Positions 1 through 10,918 of a stretch of DNA of 38,449 nt are shown piece after piece (within the stretch, counting starts at the first letter, position 1; every line of letters starts with the position of its first letter). The notes under the pieces are model-generated. The model ran no database searches. It was not told where the DNA came from and was given only the letters and a program-made list of their open reading frames with translations. The DNA lies in the NCBI GenBank assembly GCA_040774145.1, contig JAXGUU010000002.1:1-38449 (forward strand). The letters run 5' to 3'. The position numbers and the translations under genes are program-made. Origin of the DNA: Anaerolineae bacterium (GTDB lineage Bacteria > Chloroflexota > Anaerolineae > B4-G1 > SLSP01).

Positions 1-1139
1 AGCAGCAGCGTGCCGGTATGTCCAACCAGCGCGGACTTCGCCAACCGCCGTTCGAGGACGGGGACGATCAAGCGCAAGAAAGCGGGGAGGTCGGGCACCC
101 GGATGAACCAAGCGTAGGGATCGTCCACCTTGGCCAGCCGGTTCTCCACCATCTCGTAAACCGGATGCGCGCGCCCGAGGCCCAGCACGAGCGTCTCCAG
201 CGGCGACCCACCATCGGCGGGCGCGCTCGCCGTCTGAGGCGCGCTCGCCGTCTGAGGCGCGTCCGCCGTCTGAGGCGCCGAGCCCTCTCCGGCCCGCTTC
301 AGATAGCGCAGCACAGAGGGCGTAACCGCCCACCAGGAGACCCCGTGCTTGAGCTCGTAGGCGGTCATGAAAAAGCTGGTGCCCCAGCGCGCGTTCGGAT
401 GGGCCAGAAACCCCACGGCCTCACCCTCCGGCGTCTCGATGATGCCGAGCTTTCGCGCGGGCATACTCTGCGGGGTGCGCCCGTCCAGCTCATAGCGCCA
501 CAGCGCCGCATCCCGCACGCAGGCGAGCAGGTCACGCGCGTGCGCCTGAGCGGCGACCTCAGCAATGAAGCCGAGGTCGTGCGGCGTTGCAGGGCGAACC
601 TCGAAAGGCTCGCGCTCATCCGTCTTCAGCGCAGGAACGGCGCTCACGGGCCCGCGCCGGCCCCCGTGCATATCCAGGGCCATCTCGTAGCCGAACTGCC
701 GGTAATACCAGGGAATGCCGGTGATGGCCTGGACCAGCTCTCCACGCTCGGCACTCCAGCGGTGCAGGACCTCGAACTGCTTTCTGACCAAGCCGCGGCG
801 GCGGTAGTCGGAGTGGGTGCCCACCAGCTCGGGGCGCCCCACGCCGAAGGGTATGCCGGCATAGGACCACGTCTGAGAGATCAGGTTCGAGCTGGAGACA
901 ATCGCCCCCGTCGCCGAGTCCTCAACGACCAGAAAATCCCCGACTGCAAAGGTGGGGTGACGCCCGGTCATCAGATCGCGCACCCACACCCCGATACCCG
1001 CCTCAGGCGCGTCCCACCCCTCGTCGCTGTGGACGCGCGCGTTGAAGTCGATCAACGCCTCGGCGTCCTCAGGCGTCGCGCGGCGCAGAATCGAACCATC
1101 ACCGAGGTCCTGCGAAAGCCGTGCACCGTCGCTCATCAT
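1..1139 (-). CDS. GNAT-family N-acetyltransferase (Eis-like architecture), C-terminus beyond left edge of window
   Basis: Absent from the ORF track because it has no stop inside the window. The reverse-strand frame is open from ATG 1139 (or ATG 1136) to position 1, and GAGGGAGGG lies directly upstream. My translation: MMSDGARLSQDLGDGSILRRATPEDAEALIDFNARVHSDEGW...FLVVEDSATGAIVSSSNLISQTWSYAGIPFGVGRPELVGTHSDYRRRGLVRKQFEVLHRWSAERGELVQAITGIPWYYRQFGYEMA. The H-x-DYRRRGL block fits GNAT acetyl-CoA motif A. The gene starts 11 nt after the lysK stop on the same strand. Confidence 0.7.
   Translation of the reverse strand, partial: MMSDGARLSQDLGDGSILRRATPEDAEALIDFNARVHSDEGWDAPEAGIGVWVRDLMTGRHPTFAVGDFLVVEDSATGAIVSSSNLISQTWSYAGIPFGVGRPELVGTHSDYRRRGLVRKQFEVLHRWSAERGELVQAITGIPWYYRQFGYEMALDMHGGRRGPVSAVPALKTDEREPFEVRPATPHDLGFIAEVAAQAHARDLLACVRDAALWRYELDGRTPQSMPARKLGIIETPEGEAVGFLAHPNARWGTSFFMTAYELKHGVSWWAVTPSVLRYLKRAGEGSAPQTADAPQTASAPQTASAPADGGSPLETLVLGLGRAHPVYEMVENRLAKVDDPYAWFIRVPDLPAFLRLIVPVLERRLAKSALVGHTGTLL
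223..276. repeat. 3 x 18-bp tandem repeat inside the GNAT gene
   Basis: GCGCTCGCCGTCTGAGGC occurs at 223-240 and 241-258, and GCGTCCGCCGTCTGAGGC at 259-276. On the coding (minus) strand it encodes APQTAD-APQTAS-APQTAS, a linker-like low-complexity insert. Confidence 0.9.
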
Positions 1140-1150
1140 CCCTCCCTCAT

Positions 1151-2200
1151 CTAGGAAGCGAGCGTCTCGAGCGCCTGAGCCAGGATGCCGATCGAGCGCT
1201 CGAACTCCGCGATGTTGATGTGCTCCCGTGGGGTATGATCCAGGGAGGAGTCCCCGGGTCCATAGGCCACCATCGGACACTCCCACACCGGTCCCACGGT
1301 GTTCATGTCCGAGGTGCCGGTCTTGAGCTTAAAGCGCGGACGCCCTCCCGCTACGCGGATCGCCCGCAGCAGCGCGCGCACAAGGGGCGTGTTCTTCTCA
1401 CAGCGATAGGCCGGATCCGATCCCAGGAACTTGAGCTCGGCTCCGTTGCTCCACACCTCCATGCCGGCTTGGAGCACATCGATGCCGAAATCCGGCGGGA
1501 GGCGGGCCACGATGTTCATCTCCACATAGTCATAGAGGCCATCGCTGTAGGTATGCAGATCGCGCAGGGCCGGGTCGAGCGTGTTGAAGCGCCCCTCCTT
1601 CCCCAGATTGTAGGCATGGGCATAGCGGCGCAGGCGGTTCCAGAAATGGACCGCGTGCTCCGCAGGTCCGGGCGCCTCACCCGCGCTGTGCCCGCCGGGC
1701 TGCACCAGGCGGTACTCCATATTGAGCATCCCCTTGTATCCCAGGGTGATGCTGTCCCAATCGCTTGGCTCGCCGATGATGACATAGTCGGGCGCGGACA
1801 TCGTCTGGGCGAGATAGTGGGCACCCCAACCGTGGGATTCCTCCTCAACCGCACCGATCACCGTGACCCGGGCCTGACGCAGCTTCGGCGCTACGCGCGC
1901 GGCGCCGAGCACAAAAGCCGCCAACGGGCCCTTGGCATCCACGGCGCCGCGCCCGTAGAGGTTATCACCATCCCAGCGCACGGGAATGAAGCCCGGCACG
2001 GTATCCATGTGACCCAACAGCACGATCTCGCGCGGCGCGGTCGAGTCACCCACCGTGCCATGCACGTTGCCGGCCTCGTCGCGGGTCACGCGGAAGCCTT
2101 GCTTCCGCATCTGCGCCATCAGGTACTCGGCAAAGACGTCTTCACCCCCCGAGGGGCTGGGGATCGCAAGCAACTTCTCCAAAAACTCAGCTGCATCCAC
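1151..2200 (-). CDS. lysK: [LysW]-lysine/ornithine hydrolase, M20 metallopeptidase family (LysK/ArgE-like)
   Basis: M20 signatures are present: LLGHMDTVPG, YGRGAVDAKGPLAAF, GAVEEESHGWGA, and GTSDMN near the C-terminus. The track ORF extends to ATG 2305 and overlaps carB. I prefer GTG 2200 because GAGGAGG sits 5 nt upstream and the protein then starts VDAAEFLEKLLAIPSPSG, like other family members. Confidence 0.85.
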   Translation of the reverse strand: MDAAEFLEKLLAIPSPSGGEDVFAEYLMAQMRKQGFRVTRDEAGNVHGTVGDSTAPREIVLLGHMDTVPGFIPVRWDGDNLYGRGAVDAKGPLAAFVLGAARVAPKLRQARVTVIGAVEEESHGWGAHYLAQTMSAPDYVIIGEPSDWDSITLGYKGMLNMEYRLVQPGGHSAGEAPGPAEHAVHFWNRLRRYAHAYNLGKEGRFNTLDPALRDLHTYSDGLYDYVEMNIVARLPPDFGIDVLQAGMEVWSNGAELKFLGSDPAYRCEKNTPLVRALLRAIRVAGGRPRFKLKTGTSDMNTVGPVWECPMVAYGPGDSSLDHTPREHINIAEFERSIGILAQALETLAS

Positions 2201-2294
2201 TTTGTCCTCCTCACGCACCGCCCTGCTCCCCTTGCGATGGGCCTCTGAGGGAGAGGACGACGCCGGGCTGCCGGTGCGGACCGAGGAAACGCGT

Positions 2295-5200
2295 TCAATC
2301 CCCATCGACGCCTCCTTCCAGCCGCCCGACGGTCAACGACTGCGTGCTCAGGTGGCGGATCGCAGCGACTGCAGCCCGCAGCGCCACCAGAGTCGTCACA
2401 TAAGGCACGTGGTGCGCCAGCGCCGCGGTCCGAATGCGATAGCCCGATGTGCGCGCCAGATGCCAGGGCAGCGGCACGCCCCGTTGTTCAGCGTTCTGCG
2501 CACGCGCCGTGTCGCGATGGCGCCCGCTACCGCCATAGGTCGAGGGCGTATTGACCACGAGATCCACCTCGTCCTGCACGATGATGTCCACACAGTCAGG
2601 ACGCCCATCGCCCACCTTGAGCACCTCGCGCGCCTTGACACCCATCGCCTGCAGGGCACGCGCGGTGCCCCGCGTCGCGACGATCTCGAAGCCCAGATCG
2701 GCAAGCTGGGCCACCAACGAGACGCCCTCGCGTTTGTCGCCGTCCGCCAGGCTGACCAGCACCGTCCCCTCCGTGGGTAGCGGATTGCTCGCGGCAATCT
2801 GTGCCTTGGCGAAGGCCTCGGGGAAGCTCTCTCCAAAGCTCATCACCTCACCCGTAGAACGCATCTCGGGGCCCAGTAGGATATCGGCACCCTCAAAGCG
2901 ACCGAAGGGCAGCACGACCTCCTTGACCGACGACCTCACGGGCCACGCCATCGGCGCGCGCTGTGTCTCATCCAGGTAGGCGTCAAAATCCACCGTCGAT
3001 GAGACTTGGGTCGGATAAGGCCAATAGGGCGCCAGCAGCTCCCGCAGCGATTTTCCCACCAGGATTTTCGCCGCCAGCTTGGCCACCGGAATGCCGATCG
3101 CCTTGCTCACGTAGGGCACGGTGCGCGATGCACGCGGGTTGGCCTCGAGCACGTAGAGCTCGTTGCCGCGGATGGCAATCTGGATATTGACCAGACCGAC
3201 CGCCCCCGTCGCCCGCACCAAGTCGGCGACCGAGGACTCGATCCGCGACACCATCGCGCTCGAGAGGCTCACCGGGGGCATCACACAGGCGGAGTCGCCT
3301 GAGTGCACGCCGGCTTCCTCAATCTGCTCCATCAGCCCGGCGATCCATACGTCCTGCCCGTCGGAGAGCACATCCACATCGAGCTCGACCGCGTCCTCCA
3401 GGAAGCGATCGATCAGCACCGGATAACCCGGGGAGACACGCGCCGCCTCGACGATATAGTGGCGCAGCTCCTCGCCGCTGTTCACGATCTCCATCGCCCG
3501 CCCGCCCAGGACAAAGCTGGGCCGCAGCAGCACCGGATAGCCCAGCGTCTCAGCGACCGATAGCGCCTCCTCAACGGTCGAGGCCAGACCGTAGGGCGGG
3601 CTCTTGAGACCGAGCTCGGACAACAGCGAGCCGAACTGCTCGCGGTCCTCGGCCATCTCGATGGCTGCGAAGTCGATGCCCATCAGCGGCATGCCCGCCT
3701 TGACGAGATCACGCGCCAGCTTCAGCGGCGTCTGCCCCCCGAATCCCACCACGACCCCGATCGGCTTTTCTTGTTCGACGATGTTCAGCACATCCTCAAT
3801 GGTGAGTGGCTCGAAGTAGAGGCGATCAGCCGTATCATAGTCAGTCGAGACCGTCTCGGGGTTGGAGTTGACCATGATGGCCTCGTAGCCCTCCTCCTGC
3901 AGAGCCCAGACGGCGTGCACGTTGGCATAGTCGAACTCCACGCCCTGCCCGATACGGTTGGGGCCCGATCCCAGGATGACGACGCTCGGCTTATCGGTAC
4001 GCTGCGCCTCGTTCTCGATGCCTCCGTAGGTCGAATAGTAATAGGGCGTATAGGCGTCGAACTCCGCAGCACAGGTATCCACCATCTTGTAGACGGGGCG
4101 CACGTCCAGTGCATAGCGGCGCGCACGGACCTCCTCCTCGGACCGCGAGAAGAACTCGCTCAACTCCAGATCCGAGAAGCCCCACGCCTTGGCCTCGAGC
4201 AACACCTCACGATCCAGCTGCTCCAAGCTCAGGTCGCGCAACCGCGACTCCAGCTCGATGAACTGCGCCAACTCGGTGAGGAACCAACGATCAATGTGGG
4301 TATAGGTATTGATCTCGTCCAGGGAGTAACCACGACGCAGCGCGGCGTAGATGTAGGCCAGACGCTCAGGCGTGGGATTCGCCAGGTGCTCCACAATACG
4401 CTCGAAATCGAGCTTGGGCGTGGCGTCCAGCTCAAGCGAGCGCAGCGCTTTGCCGAGCGCCTCCTTGAACGTGCGCCCGATGGCCATCGCCTCGCCCACC
4501 GACTTCATCTGCGTCGTCAGGCGCGGGTCGGCGCCGGGGAACTTCTCCAGCTGAAAGCGCGGGATCTTCACGACGATGTAGTCGAGGGTCGGCTCAAAAG
4601 CCGCCGTCGTGCGACGCGTGATGTCGTTGGCGACCTCATCGAGCCGATAACCGACGGCGAGCAGGGCCGCGACCTTCGCGATCGGATAGCCGGTAGCCTT
4701 GGAAGCCAGCGCCGACGAGCGCGAGACGCGGGGATTCATCTCGATCACCACCATCCGCCCTGTCTCCGGGTCGACGGCGAACTGGATGTTCGAGCCACCG
4801 GTGTCGACCCCGATGGCGCGCAGCACTGCCAGGGAGGCGTCACGCATGCGCTGGTACTCACGATCGGTGAGCGTCTGGGCCGGCGCCACGGTGATCGAGT
4901 CGCCTGTGTGCACGCCCATCGGATCGAAGTTCTCGATCGAGCAGACGATGATGGCGTTGTCGGCATGATCACGCATCACCTCCATCTCAAACTCCTTCCA
5001 CCCGATCACCGACTCCTCGAGCAGCACGGTATGCGCGGGGCTCTCGATCAGGCCGCGGGCCACGATCTGCGTCAGCTCCTCGGCGTTGTAGGCGATGCCC
5101 CCGCCGGTGCCGCCCAGCGTGAAGCTGGGACGGGCGATCAACGGGTAGCCCAGCTCGCGCGCAGCGTCGAGCGCGCCGGGCAGATCGCCGATCTGCACGC

Positions 5201-5636
5201 TGCGCGGGACCTCCAGGCCGATCCTCTGCATCGTCGCTTTGAAGAGCGCGCGATCCTCGGCCAACTGAATCGCCTCAAACGAAGCGCCGATCAGCTTCAC
5301 GCCGTAGCGGTCAAGGATACCCGCTTCGGAGAGGGCAACCGCCAAGTTGAGCGCCGTCTGCCCTCCCAACGTCGGGAGCAGCGCGTCGGGGCGCTCCTTC
5401 CGGATGATGGCCTCGAGGAACTCCACCGTCAGCGGTTCGATATAGACCGCGTCCGACAACTCAGGATCGGTCATGATCGTCGCGGAGTTCGCATTGACGA
5501 CGATAAGCCGATAGCCGGCCTCTTTGAGCGCTTTGAGCGCCTGCGTTCCGGAATAGTCGAACTCGGCAGCCTGACCGATGACGATCGGGCCCGAGCCGAT
5601 GATGAGAATGGATTCAATGTCGGTGCGCCTGGGCAT
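2295..5636 (-). CDS. carB: carbamoyl-phosphate synthase large subunit
   Basis: 1113 aa. It has a duplicated ATP-grasp architecture (two copies of the IGQAxEFDYxG ... NPRxSRSSALxSKATGxPIAK-type blocks) and a C-terminal MGS-like domain. It sits directly downstream of carA with a 9-nt gap. Confidence 0.97.
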   Translation of the reverse strand: MPRRTDIESILIIGSGPIVIGQAAEFDYSGTQALKALKEAGYRLIVVNANSATIMTDPELSDAVYIEPLTVEFLEAIIRKERPDALLPTLGGQTALNLAVALSEAGILDRYGVKLIGASFEAIQLAEDRALFKATMQRIGLEVPRSVQIGDLPGALDAARELGYPLIARPSFTLGGTGGGIAYNAEELTQIVARGLIESPAHTVLLEESVIGWKEFEMEVMRDHADNAIIVCSIENFDPMGVHTGDSITVAPAQTLTDREYQRMRDASLAVLRAIGVDTGGSNIQFAVDPETGRMVVIEMNPRVSRSSALASKATGYPIAKVAALLAVGYRLDEVANDITRRTTAAFEPTLDYIVVKIPRFQLEKFPGADPRLTTQMKSVGEAMAIGRTFKEALGKALRSLELDATPKLDFERIVEHLANPTPERLAYIYAALRRGYSLDEINTYTHIDRWFLTELAQFIELESRLRDLSLEQLDREVLLEAKAWGFSDLELSEFFSRSEEEVRARRYALDVRPVYKMVDTCAAEFDAYTPYYYSTYGGIENEAQRTDKPSVVILGSGPNRIGQGVEFDYANVHAVWALQEEGYEAIMVNSNPETVSTDYDTADRLYFEPLTIEDVLNIVEQEKPIGVVVGFGGQTPLKLARDLVKAGMPLMGIDFAAIEMAEDREQFGSLLSELGLKSPPYGLASTVEEALSVAETLGYPVLLRPSFVLGGRAMEIVNSGEELRHYIVEAARVSPGYPVLIDRFLEDAVELDVDVLSDGQDVWIAGLMEQIEEAGVHSGDSACVMPPVSLSSAMVSRIESSVADLVRATGAVGLVNIQIAIRGNELYVLEANPRASRTVPYVSKAIGIPVAKLAAKILVGKSLRELLAPYWPYPTQVSSTVDFDAYLDETQRAPMAWPVRSSVKEVVLPFGRFEGADILLGPEMRSTGEVMSFGESFPEAFAKAQIAASNPLPTEGTVLVSLADGDKREGVSLVAQLADLGFEIVATRGTARALQAMGVKAREVLKVGDGRPDCVDIIVQDEVDLVVNTPSTYGGSGRHRDTARAQNAEQRGVPLPWHLARTSGYRIRTAALAHHVPYVTTLVALRAAVAAIRHLSTQSLTVGRLEGGVDGD

Positions 5637-5645
5637 AGTCCCCCC

Positions 5646-6887
5646 TTAGTTGTGATGGTGAATCAATGCGACAAACTGCCTGAAGAAATCCTTGGCATCG
5701 TGGGGCCCGGGGGACGCCTCGGGATGGTATTGCACGGAGAAGGCGGGGTAGTCGAGCAGCCGCAACCCCTCGACCGTGCCGTCGTTGAGCGACAGATGGG
5801 TGACCTCCACAGGGCCCAAGCCGATAGGGCTCTCGCCGATCAGAGGCGTGGCGGGCAACCGTTCAGCCATGGTCGTGGAACGCTGCGGTTCCGGGTCCCC
5901 AACCAACAACTCCGGGCGCACCGGCACGAAGGCCGTATCAAGCGGAGCCCAACCGATGCCCAGGCTCGTGGGATCGACGGCGAAACCATGGTTCTGCGTG
6001 GTGATCATGATCCCGCCCGCTTTCAGGTCCTTGATCGGATGATTGATACCTCGATGACCGAAGCGCATCTTGTAGGTCCTCCCCCCTGCCGCGAGCCCCA
6101 GCAGCTGATGCCCCAGGCAGATGCCCGCCACCGGTATGCGCGCCCGCAGAAGATCACGGATCAACCGGATCGTTGCGCCCAGCGGCTCAGGGTCGCCCGG
6201 ACCGTTGGAGATCAATACCGCGTCGATCCCCAGCGCGAGCACCTTCGCCGTATCCGCGTCGTAGGGCAGGGCCGTGACCCGGGCGCCGCAAGCGATCAAG
6301 TCGCGCACGATCCCCTCTTTGCGCCCGGCGTCCAGGACCGCGATATGTCCACCAGAGAGGCCTCCGCCGTTCAGCGCCGTCACCGTCGACGGTGTGACCT
6401 CCGCAGCTAGGTCTTGCCCGCGCATCTCGGGGCTATGCCGAACGCGGACGAGCAGATCGCCCGAATCTGACGTCAGCCCGATCGCGCCCCGCATCGCGCC
6501 ATGGGTGCGTAAATGGCGGGTCAGTGCGCGAGTATCCACCCCCTCGATCGCGACGATGCCGGCTTCCTTCAGATAATCGGTGAAGGACTGGTTCGCGCGA
6601 TGGTTGAAGGGCTCGCACACCGCACGATGGACCACAAAGCCTGCGACCTGAACCCGTGCCGACTCGACATCGTCGGGATTCACGCCGTAGATACCGATCT
6701 CCGGATAGGTCATCACCACGATCTGGCCGCGATACGACGGGTCGGTGAGCACCTCTTGGTAGCCCGTCATCCCTGTGTTGAAGACTAACTCGCCGAAGGA
6801 CTCCCTTACGGCGCCGATCCCCCATCCCCTAAAGCGCGCGCCATCCTCCAGCACCAGCAAAGCCGGCGTTCTATCCCCTTGAGCCAT
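5646..6887 (-). CDS. carA: carbamoyl-phosphate synthase small (glutamine amidotransferase) subunit
   Basis: Contains the class-I GATase motif GICLGHQLL plus HRGINHPI and VQYHPEASPGPHD. The start is moved to ATG 6887 (MAQGDRTPALLVLEDG) because GGAAGGAGAGG lies just upstream. The track start at 6938 adds 17 non-conserved residues. Confidence 0.95.
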   Translation of the reverse strand: MAQGDRTPALLVLEDGARFRGWGIGAVRESFGELVFNTGMTGYQEVLTDPSYRGQIVVMTYPEIGIYGVNPDDVESARVQVAGFVVHRAVCEPFNHRANQSFTDYLKEAGIVAIEGVDTRALTRHLRTHGAMRGAIGLTSDSGDLLVRVRHSPEMRGQDLAAEVTPSTVTALNGGGLSGGHIAVLDAGRKEGIVRDLIACGARVTALPYDADTAKVLALGIDAVLISNGPGDPEPLGATIRLIRDLLRARIPVAGICLGHQLLGLAAGGRTYKMRFGHRGINHPIKDLKAGGIMITTQNHGFAVDPTSLGIGWAPLDTAFVPVRPELLVGDPEPQRSTTMAERLPATPLIGESPIGLGPVEVTHLSLNDGTVEGLRLLDYPAFSVQYHPEASPGPHDAKDFFRQFVALIHHHN

Positions 6888-6975
6888 CCACCTCTCCTTC
6901 CAGCCTACGGCAGTCGACCGTCGATGGTCAGCGATCACCCGTCACTCGTTAATCGCCACGCTGTTCGCCGCGCCC

Positions 6976-8157
6976 TCACGCTGACAAGACGACAGCCACC
7001 TTCTCAATCACGGTCTCGATATCCGCCTCGCTGATCACCAACGGCGGCAGGAAGCGCATCACGGTGGCCCCTGCCGGCAACGCCAGCACCCCCTGCTCCG
7101 CCAGCGCAGCCAGGTAGGCGCCGCTGCGCTCCCGCAGCTCAATGCCGACCATCAGCCCCAGCCCCCGCACCTCGCGGATGACCGGTACATCCAGGGCGCG
7201 GAAGGCCGCGAGCAGGCGTGCCCCCAACTCAGCGGCGCGCTCCGGCAGCTGCTCCTCTTCCATCGCGTGGATCGTCGCCAGGGCCGCGGCGCAGGCCAGC
7301 GGATTGCCCCCGAAGGTGCTGCCGTGGACGTGTCCCGGCAACGCGCCGACGTGGTCTGCGATCAACGTCGCCCCCATCGGCACGCCGCCGGCCATACTCT
7401 TGGCGACTGTCATCAAATCCGGGCGCAGGTCGTAGTGCTCGCTCGCGAAGAGCTTGCCCGTCCGCCCAAAGCCGGTCTGGATCTCGTCGACGATGAAAAG
7501 CGCGCCACGCTCCTTACAGAGCGCCTGCACACCCGTCAGAAAGTCCGCGCTTCCGGGAATGACCCCCCCCTCGCCCTGGACAACCTCCACGATCACGGCG
7601 GCGGTCGTGTCATCGATCGCCTTCTCCATCCGCTCGAGCCGGTCATAGGGCACGAAACTGACGTCAGGGATCAAGGGCTCAAACGGCTCGCGGTACTCCT
7701 TGCGCCACGTCGTCGCCAGGGCGCCCATGCTGCGACCGTGGAAACCCCGCATAGTTGAGACGATCTTGGTACGCCCCGTATTGAGCCGCGCGATCTTGAG
7801 TGCCGCCTCGACCGCCTCGGTGCCCGAATTACAGAGGAAGGCACGGCTCAGGCCCGGCGGCGCCACCCGCACCAGCTCAGCGAGCAGTTCAGCTCGCTTG
7901 TCATTGTAGAACCCATTGGGCGCGAGAAAGAGCCGCTCGGCCTGCGCCTTGACCGCCGCGACCACGGCGGGGTGTGCGTGTCCCATATTCGCTGCGCCAT
8001 GCCCGCCGACGCAGTCGATGTACTCGGTACCGTCGGCGTCCCAGATCCGTGCCCCCTCGCCGCGCACCAGGACAATGGGCTGCTTACCGTAGACACCGCT
8101 CTCGTAGGCATCCTCCCACGCGATGACCTGTTCGCGACTGATGTTTGGTTCGTTCAC
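6976..8157 (-). CDS. lysJ: class-III PLP aminotransferase, [LysW]-aminoadipate/glutamate semialdehyde transaminase (ArgD/LysJ)
   Basis: Shows motifs typical of acetylornithine aminotransferases: GHGAANMGHAHP, NSGTEAVEAALKIAR, DEIQTGFGRTGK and VAKSMAGGVPMGA (PLP lysine). Confidence 0.93.
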   Translation of the reverse strand: MNEPNISREQVIAWEDAYESGVYGKQPIVLVRGEGARIWDADGTEYIDCVGGHGAANMGHAHPAVVAAVKAQAERLFLAPNGFYNDKRAELLAELVRVAPPGLSRAFLCNSGTEAVEAALKIARLNTGRTKIVSTMRGFHGRSMGALATTWRKEYREPFEPLIPDVSFVPYDRLERMEKAIDDTTAAVIVEVVQGEGGVIPGSADFLTGVQALCKERGALFIVDEIQTGFGRTGKLFASEHYDLRPDLMTVAKSMAGGVPMGATLIADHVGALPGHVHGSTFGGNPLACAAALATIHAMEEEQLPERAAELGARLLAAFRALDVPVIREVRGLGLMVGIELRERSGAYLAALAEQGVLALPAGATVMRFLPPLVISEADIETVIEKVAVVLSA

Positions 8158-8189
8158 CTCTTCCCCCCTTAAACGTACGCAGCTACCGG

Positions 8190-8996
8190 CTATTTGATCA
8201 CCGTTCCCTGCCCCGACAGCGCGGTCAGCACCGGCTGATCGACGCGCCCGTCAGCCAGGATCACCTGACCCACCCCCTCCTGCAGGGCCTCAGTGGCGCC
8301 CAGGACCTTGCGCTTCATCCGACCTTCTGCATAGCGGTCGAGATAGGCCTCAGCCTGTCCCTGCGGAATCTCCTCGATCAAGCTGCCCTCATCCTCGACA
8401 TCACGCAGCAGCCCCGGCACATTCGTCAGGATGACCAGTGTCTCGGCACCCAGCGCAGCGGCAATGGCTGCCGCAGCCCGGTCGCCGTCGACGTTCAACG
8501 CCTCACTCTCATAGCTGATCGCCTGAGGAGCGATCACGGGCACGAAGCCGGCGCCCATCACGGCAGCCAGCAGCTCGCCGTTCACCTGCTCGATCACGCC
8601 GCTGTACTCATCGCGCAGGATCTTGGTCTTGCCCCCCTCGCGGATGCGCAGGAATGACTTACGCCGTCCCTCCAACAGCCGCCCGTCGATGCCCGAAAAC
8701 CCCACGGCGTTGACCCCCAACTGCTGCAGCCGTTCGACCAACAGCTTGTTGATCTTGCCGGCGGTCACCATCACGAAGATCTCCAACGTCGCCCGGTCCG
8801 TGTAGCGGCTGCTATGGCCCGAGACCGAGGTGACGAACCGCGGTGGATGCCCGAGCTGTTCTGAGATCACGTTCGTCTCGTGGGAGCCGCCATGCACCAG
8901 CACCACCTGCTGTCCCTGCTTCACCAAGTTCGCGACGTCCAAACAGACCGATTCGGTATCGACCCCCTCGCCGCCGCCCACCTTAATGACGATCAT
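8190..8996 (-). CDS. lysZ: amino-acid kinase family, [LysW]-aminoadipate/glutamate kinase (ArgB/LysZ)
   Basis: Has the MIVIKVGGG N-terminus, VLVHGGS and NVDGDRAAAAIAAALGAE. The start is moved to ATG 8996, which has GGAGG 6 nt upstream. The track start at 9059 would overlap lysY. Confidence 0.92.
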   Translation of the reverse strand: MIVIKVGGGEGVDTESVCLDVANLVKQGQQVVLVHGGSHETNVISEQLGHPPRFVTSVSGHSSRYTDRATLEIFVMVTAGKINKLLVERLQQLGVNAVGFSGIDGRLLEGRRKSFLRIREGGKTKILRDEYSGVIEQVNGELLAAVMGAGFVPVIAPQAISYESEALNVDGDRAAAAIAAALGAETLVILTNVPGLLRDVEDEGSLIEEIPQGQAEAYLDRYAEGRMKRKVLGATEALQEGVGQVILADGRVDQPVLTALSGQGTVIK

Positions 8997-9015
8997 GCTG
9001 GCCTCCAATCCTTTC

Positions 9016-10053
9016 CTACACAGGATGCAGCCCGGGGAACTCCAGCCCCAGTCTCTCATCCCAGCCGTACATCACGTTCATCGCCTGCACCGCGCTGCCG
9101 GCGGCACCCTTCATCAGATTGTCGATCGCGGCGATCACCACCAAACGTCCGCCCTCGGGATCCGCCACGAAGCCGACGTCGCAGATATTCGACCCGGCAA
9201 GCAGCTTGGGTTCGGGGTAGCGGTGGATCCCACGCCGCGACCGAACCAGGCGCACGAAGGGTTCGTCACCATAGTCATCGCGGTACATCCGCCAGACGTC
9301 CCGCTCCTCGACCGGCGCCTTAACCAGACAGTGACATGTCGCCAGCGCACCACGCACGATCCCCACCGAGGTCACGGTGAAGTGAAAGCGCGGGTCAGCG
9401 GGATCGAGCTCCAGCTCCTGGATCATCTCGGCGATATGCCGGTGCCCGAAGGGGGAGTAGGTGCGCACGACGTTGTCGCGCTCAGGGTGATGCGCGGCGG
9501 GGCTGGGCCGATGTCCACCCTCGGAGGACCCGACCTTGACCTCGACCACGGTCTCACGCACGAGCCCCCGCTTGTAGAGGGGCCGTAGCGCCAGGTTGGT
9601 CACCGTGGCGTTGCATCCCACGCCACTGACGTAGCGCGCCCCGGCGAGCTCCTCACGGTGGAACTCCGGCAGCCCATAGACGAACTTCTCCAGCCACTCG
9701 GGATGCGGGTGTTTGTGTTCGTACCAGCGCTCGTAATCAGATGGGTTCCTCAGGCGAAAGTCGCCCGAAAGGTCGACGATGCGCTCTGCCATGCCGGCGA
9801 AGCGGTCGATCTGATCCCAAGCCACACCATGGGGCAGGGCGAGAAAGAGCAGGTCACACGGCTCGAGCTCAGAAAGCGACGAGAACTGCAGCGTCGTGAA
9901 CCCGCGAAGATTGGGATGCACAAAGTAGGCAAACTGCCCGGCGTAGGTCTCGGACGTGATCTGCACGACCTCGACCTCCGGGTGAAAGGTCAACAGGCGC
10001 AACAGCTCACCCCCCGCGTAGCCTGAAGCTCCGACAATCGCGGCTTTGATCAT
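9016..10053 (-). CDS. lysY: N-acetyl-gamma-glutamyl-phosphate / [LysW]-aminoadipyl-phosphate reductase (ArgC/LysY)
   Basis: N-terminal Rossmann motif [16 protein letters not shown], the active-site region SGVGCNATV, and the C-terminal [16 protein letters not shown]. Its start overlaps the lysX stop (ATGA). Confidence 0.94.
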   Translation of the reverse strand: MIKAAIVGASGYAGGELLRLLTFHPEVEVVQITSETYAGQFAYFVHPNLRGFTTLQFSSLSELEPCDLLFLALPHGVAWDQIDRFAGMAERIVDLSGDFRLRNPSDYERWYEHKHPHPEWLEKFVYGLPEFHREELAGARYVSGVGCNATVTNLALRPLYKRGLVRETVVEVKVGSSEGGHRPSPAAHHPERDNVVRTYSPFGHRHIAEMIQELELDPADPRFHFTVTSVGIVRGALATCHCLVKAPVEERDVWRMYRDDYGDEPFVRLVRSRRGIHRYPEPKLLAGSNICDVGFVADPEGGRLVVIAAIDNLMKGAAGSAVQAMNVMYGWDERLGLEFPGLHPV

Positions 10054-10904
10054 ACGTTTCCCCCCTCAGCTATCTTCAACACGTAATCCACGATCCTCGC
10101 GGCGATATCCACATCAGTTGCCTCGCGCGCGCCATGGAACTCCGGCGTGTGGTTGACCTCATTGACCAGGAGTTGCCCCTCGCCATTCTCCAACAGGTCG
10201 ACCGCCACAATGCCCCCACCCACCGCCTTTGCGGCGCCCACCGAAAGCTCGATGAGCTCATCTGTGATCGGGCAGGGCAACGGCGTGCCCCCCAACGCGG
10301 TGTTGGTGATCCAGTGCTCCGACCGGCGGTAGATCGCATAGACGATCTCCTCACCGGTCACCATCACGCGGATGTCACGCCCCGGTTTGTCGACGTACTC
10401 CTGAATGTAGACGACGCCATGCTGATAGCCACCGAGCGTGCTCTTGTGCTCCAGCAAGGCTTCTGCAGCATCGCGATCGTTGACGCGCGCCAACAGCCTG
10501 CCCCAGGAGCCGAAGAGCGGCTTGAGCACGACGGGATACCCCATCGCCTCAATGGCCTTGAGCCCGGACTCGGGCGTGAACGCCACGGCCGTCCGCGGCA
10601 TCGGGAGGCCCGCCTCCTGGAGCGCAGCACTGGTCAGCAGCTTATCGCCGCAGACCGAAATTGTCCGGTGCGGGCTGACCGTGGGAATCCCCAACCCCTC
10701 CAGCCAGCGGCTGATGTAGTAGGCGTTCGTGTGGCTCAGGCAGCGCACCAGAAAGGCGTCGTAGTCGCCAGGGGAGCCGCCATCCAATTCGAAAGTGAGC
10801 TCGCGGGGATCAAAGCGGTCGTACGCCACCCCCCGCTCATCGAATGCCGCCGTGATGAGCTTCTCCTCAACGCGCTTGCGCGAGTATAGCAGGCCGATCT
10901 TCAT
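10050..10904 (-). CDS. lysX: RimK-type ATP-grasp ligase, LysW-glutamate/aminoadipate ligase (LysX/ArgX)
   Basis: [10 protein letters not shown]-terminus and ATP-grasp blocks ([24 protein letters not shown]...LVNEVN). The start is moved to ATG 10904, which has GGAGG 6-7 nt upstream. The track start is a GTG at 10922 overlapping the lysW stop. Confidence 0.92.
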   Translation of the reverse strand: MKIGLLYSRKRVEEKLITAAFDERGVAYDRFDPRELTFELDGGSPGDYDAFLVRCLSHTNAYYISRWLEGLGIPTVSPHRTISVCGDKLLTSAALQEAGLPMPRTAVAFTPESGLKAIEAMGYPVVLKPLFGSWGRLLARVNDRDAAEALLEHKSTLGGYQHGVVYIQEYVDKPGRDIRVMVTGEEIVYAIYRRSEHWITNTALGGTPLPCPITDELIELSVGAAKAVGGGIVAVDLLENGEGQLLVNEVNHTPEFHGAREATDVDIAARIVDYVLKIAEGGNV

Positions 10905-10918
10905 GCAAGAACCTCCGG

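Noticed and set aside
18-1154. 378-aa plus-strand ORF at the left edge
   Set aside because: It is Arg/Pro/Gly/His-rich with no motifs, and it lies exactly antisense to a minus-strand frame that encodes a recognisable GNAT acetyltransferase. This is a typical GC-rich shadow ORF.
1121-2248. 375-aa plus-strand ORF
   Set aside because: Antisense shadow of lysK (M20 hydrolase). It has no SD and no family motifs.
3771-6410. 879-aa plus-strand ORF
   Set aside because: It spans the antisense of carB and carA, including their intergenic gap. The composition is low-complexity Arg/Leu/Gly/Asp, and carAB on the other strand are unambiguous.
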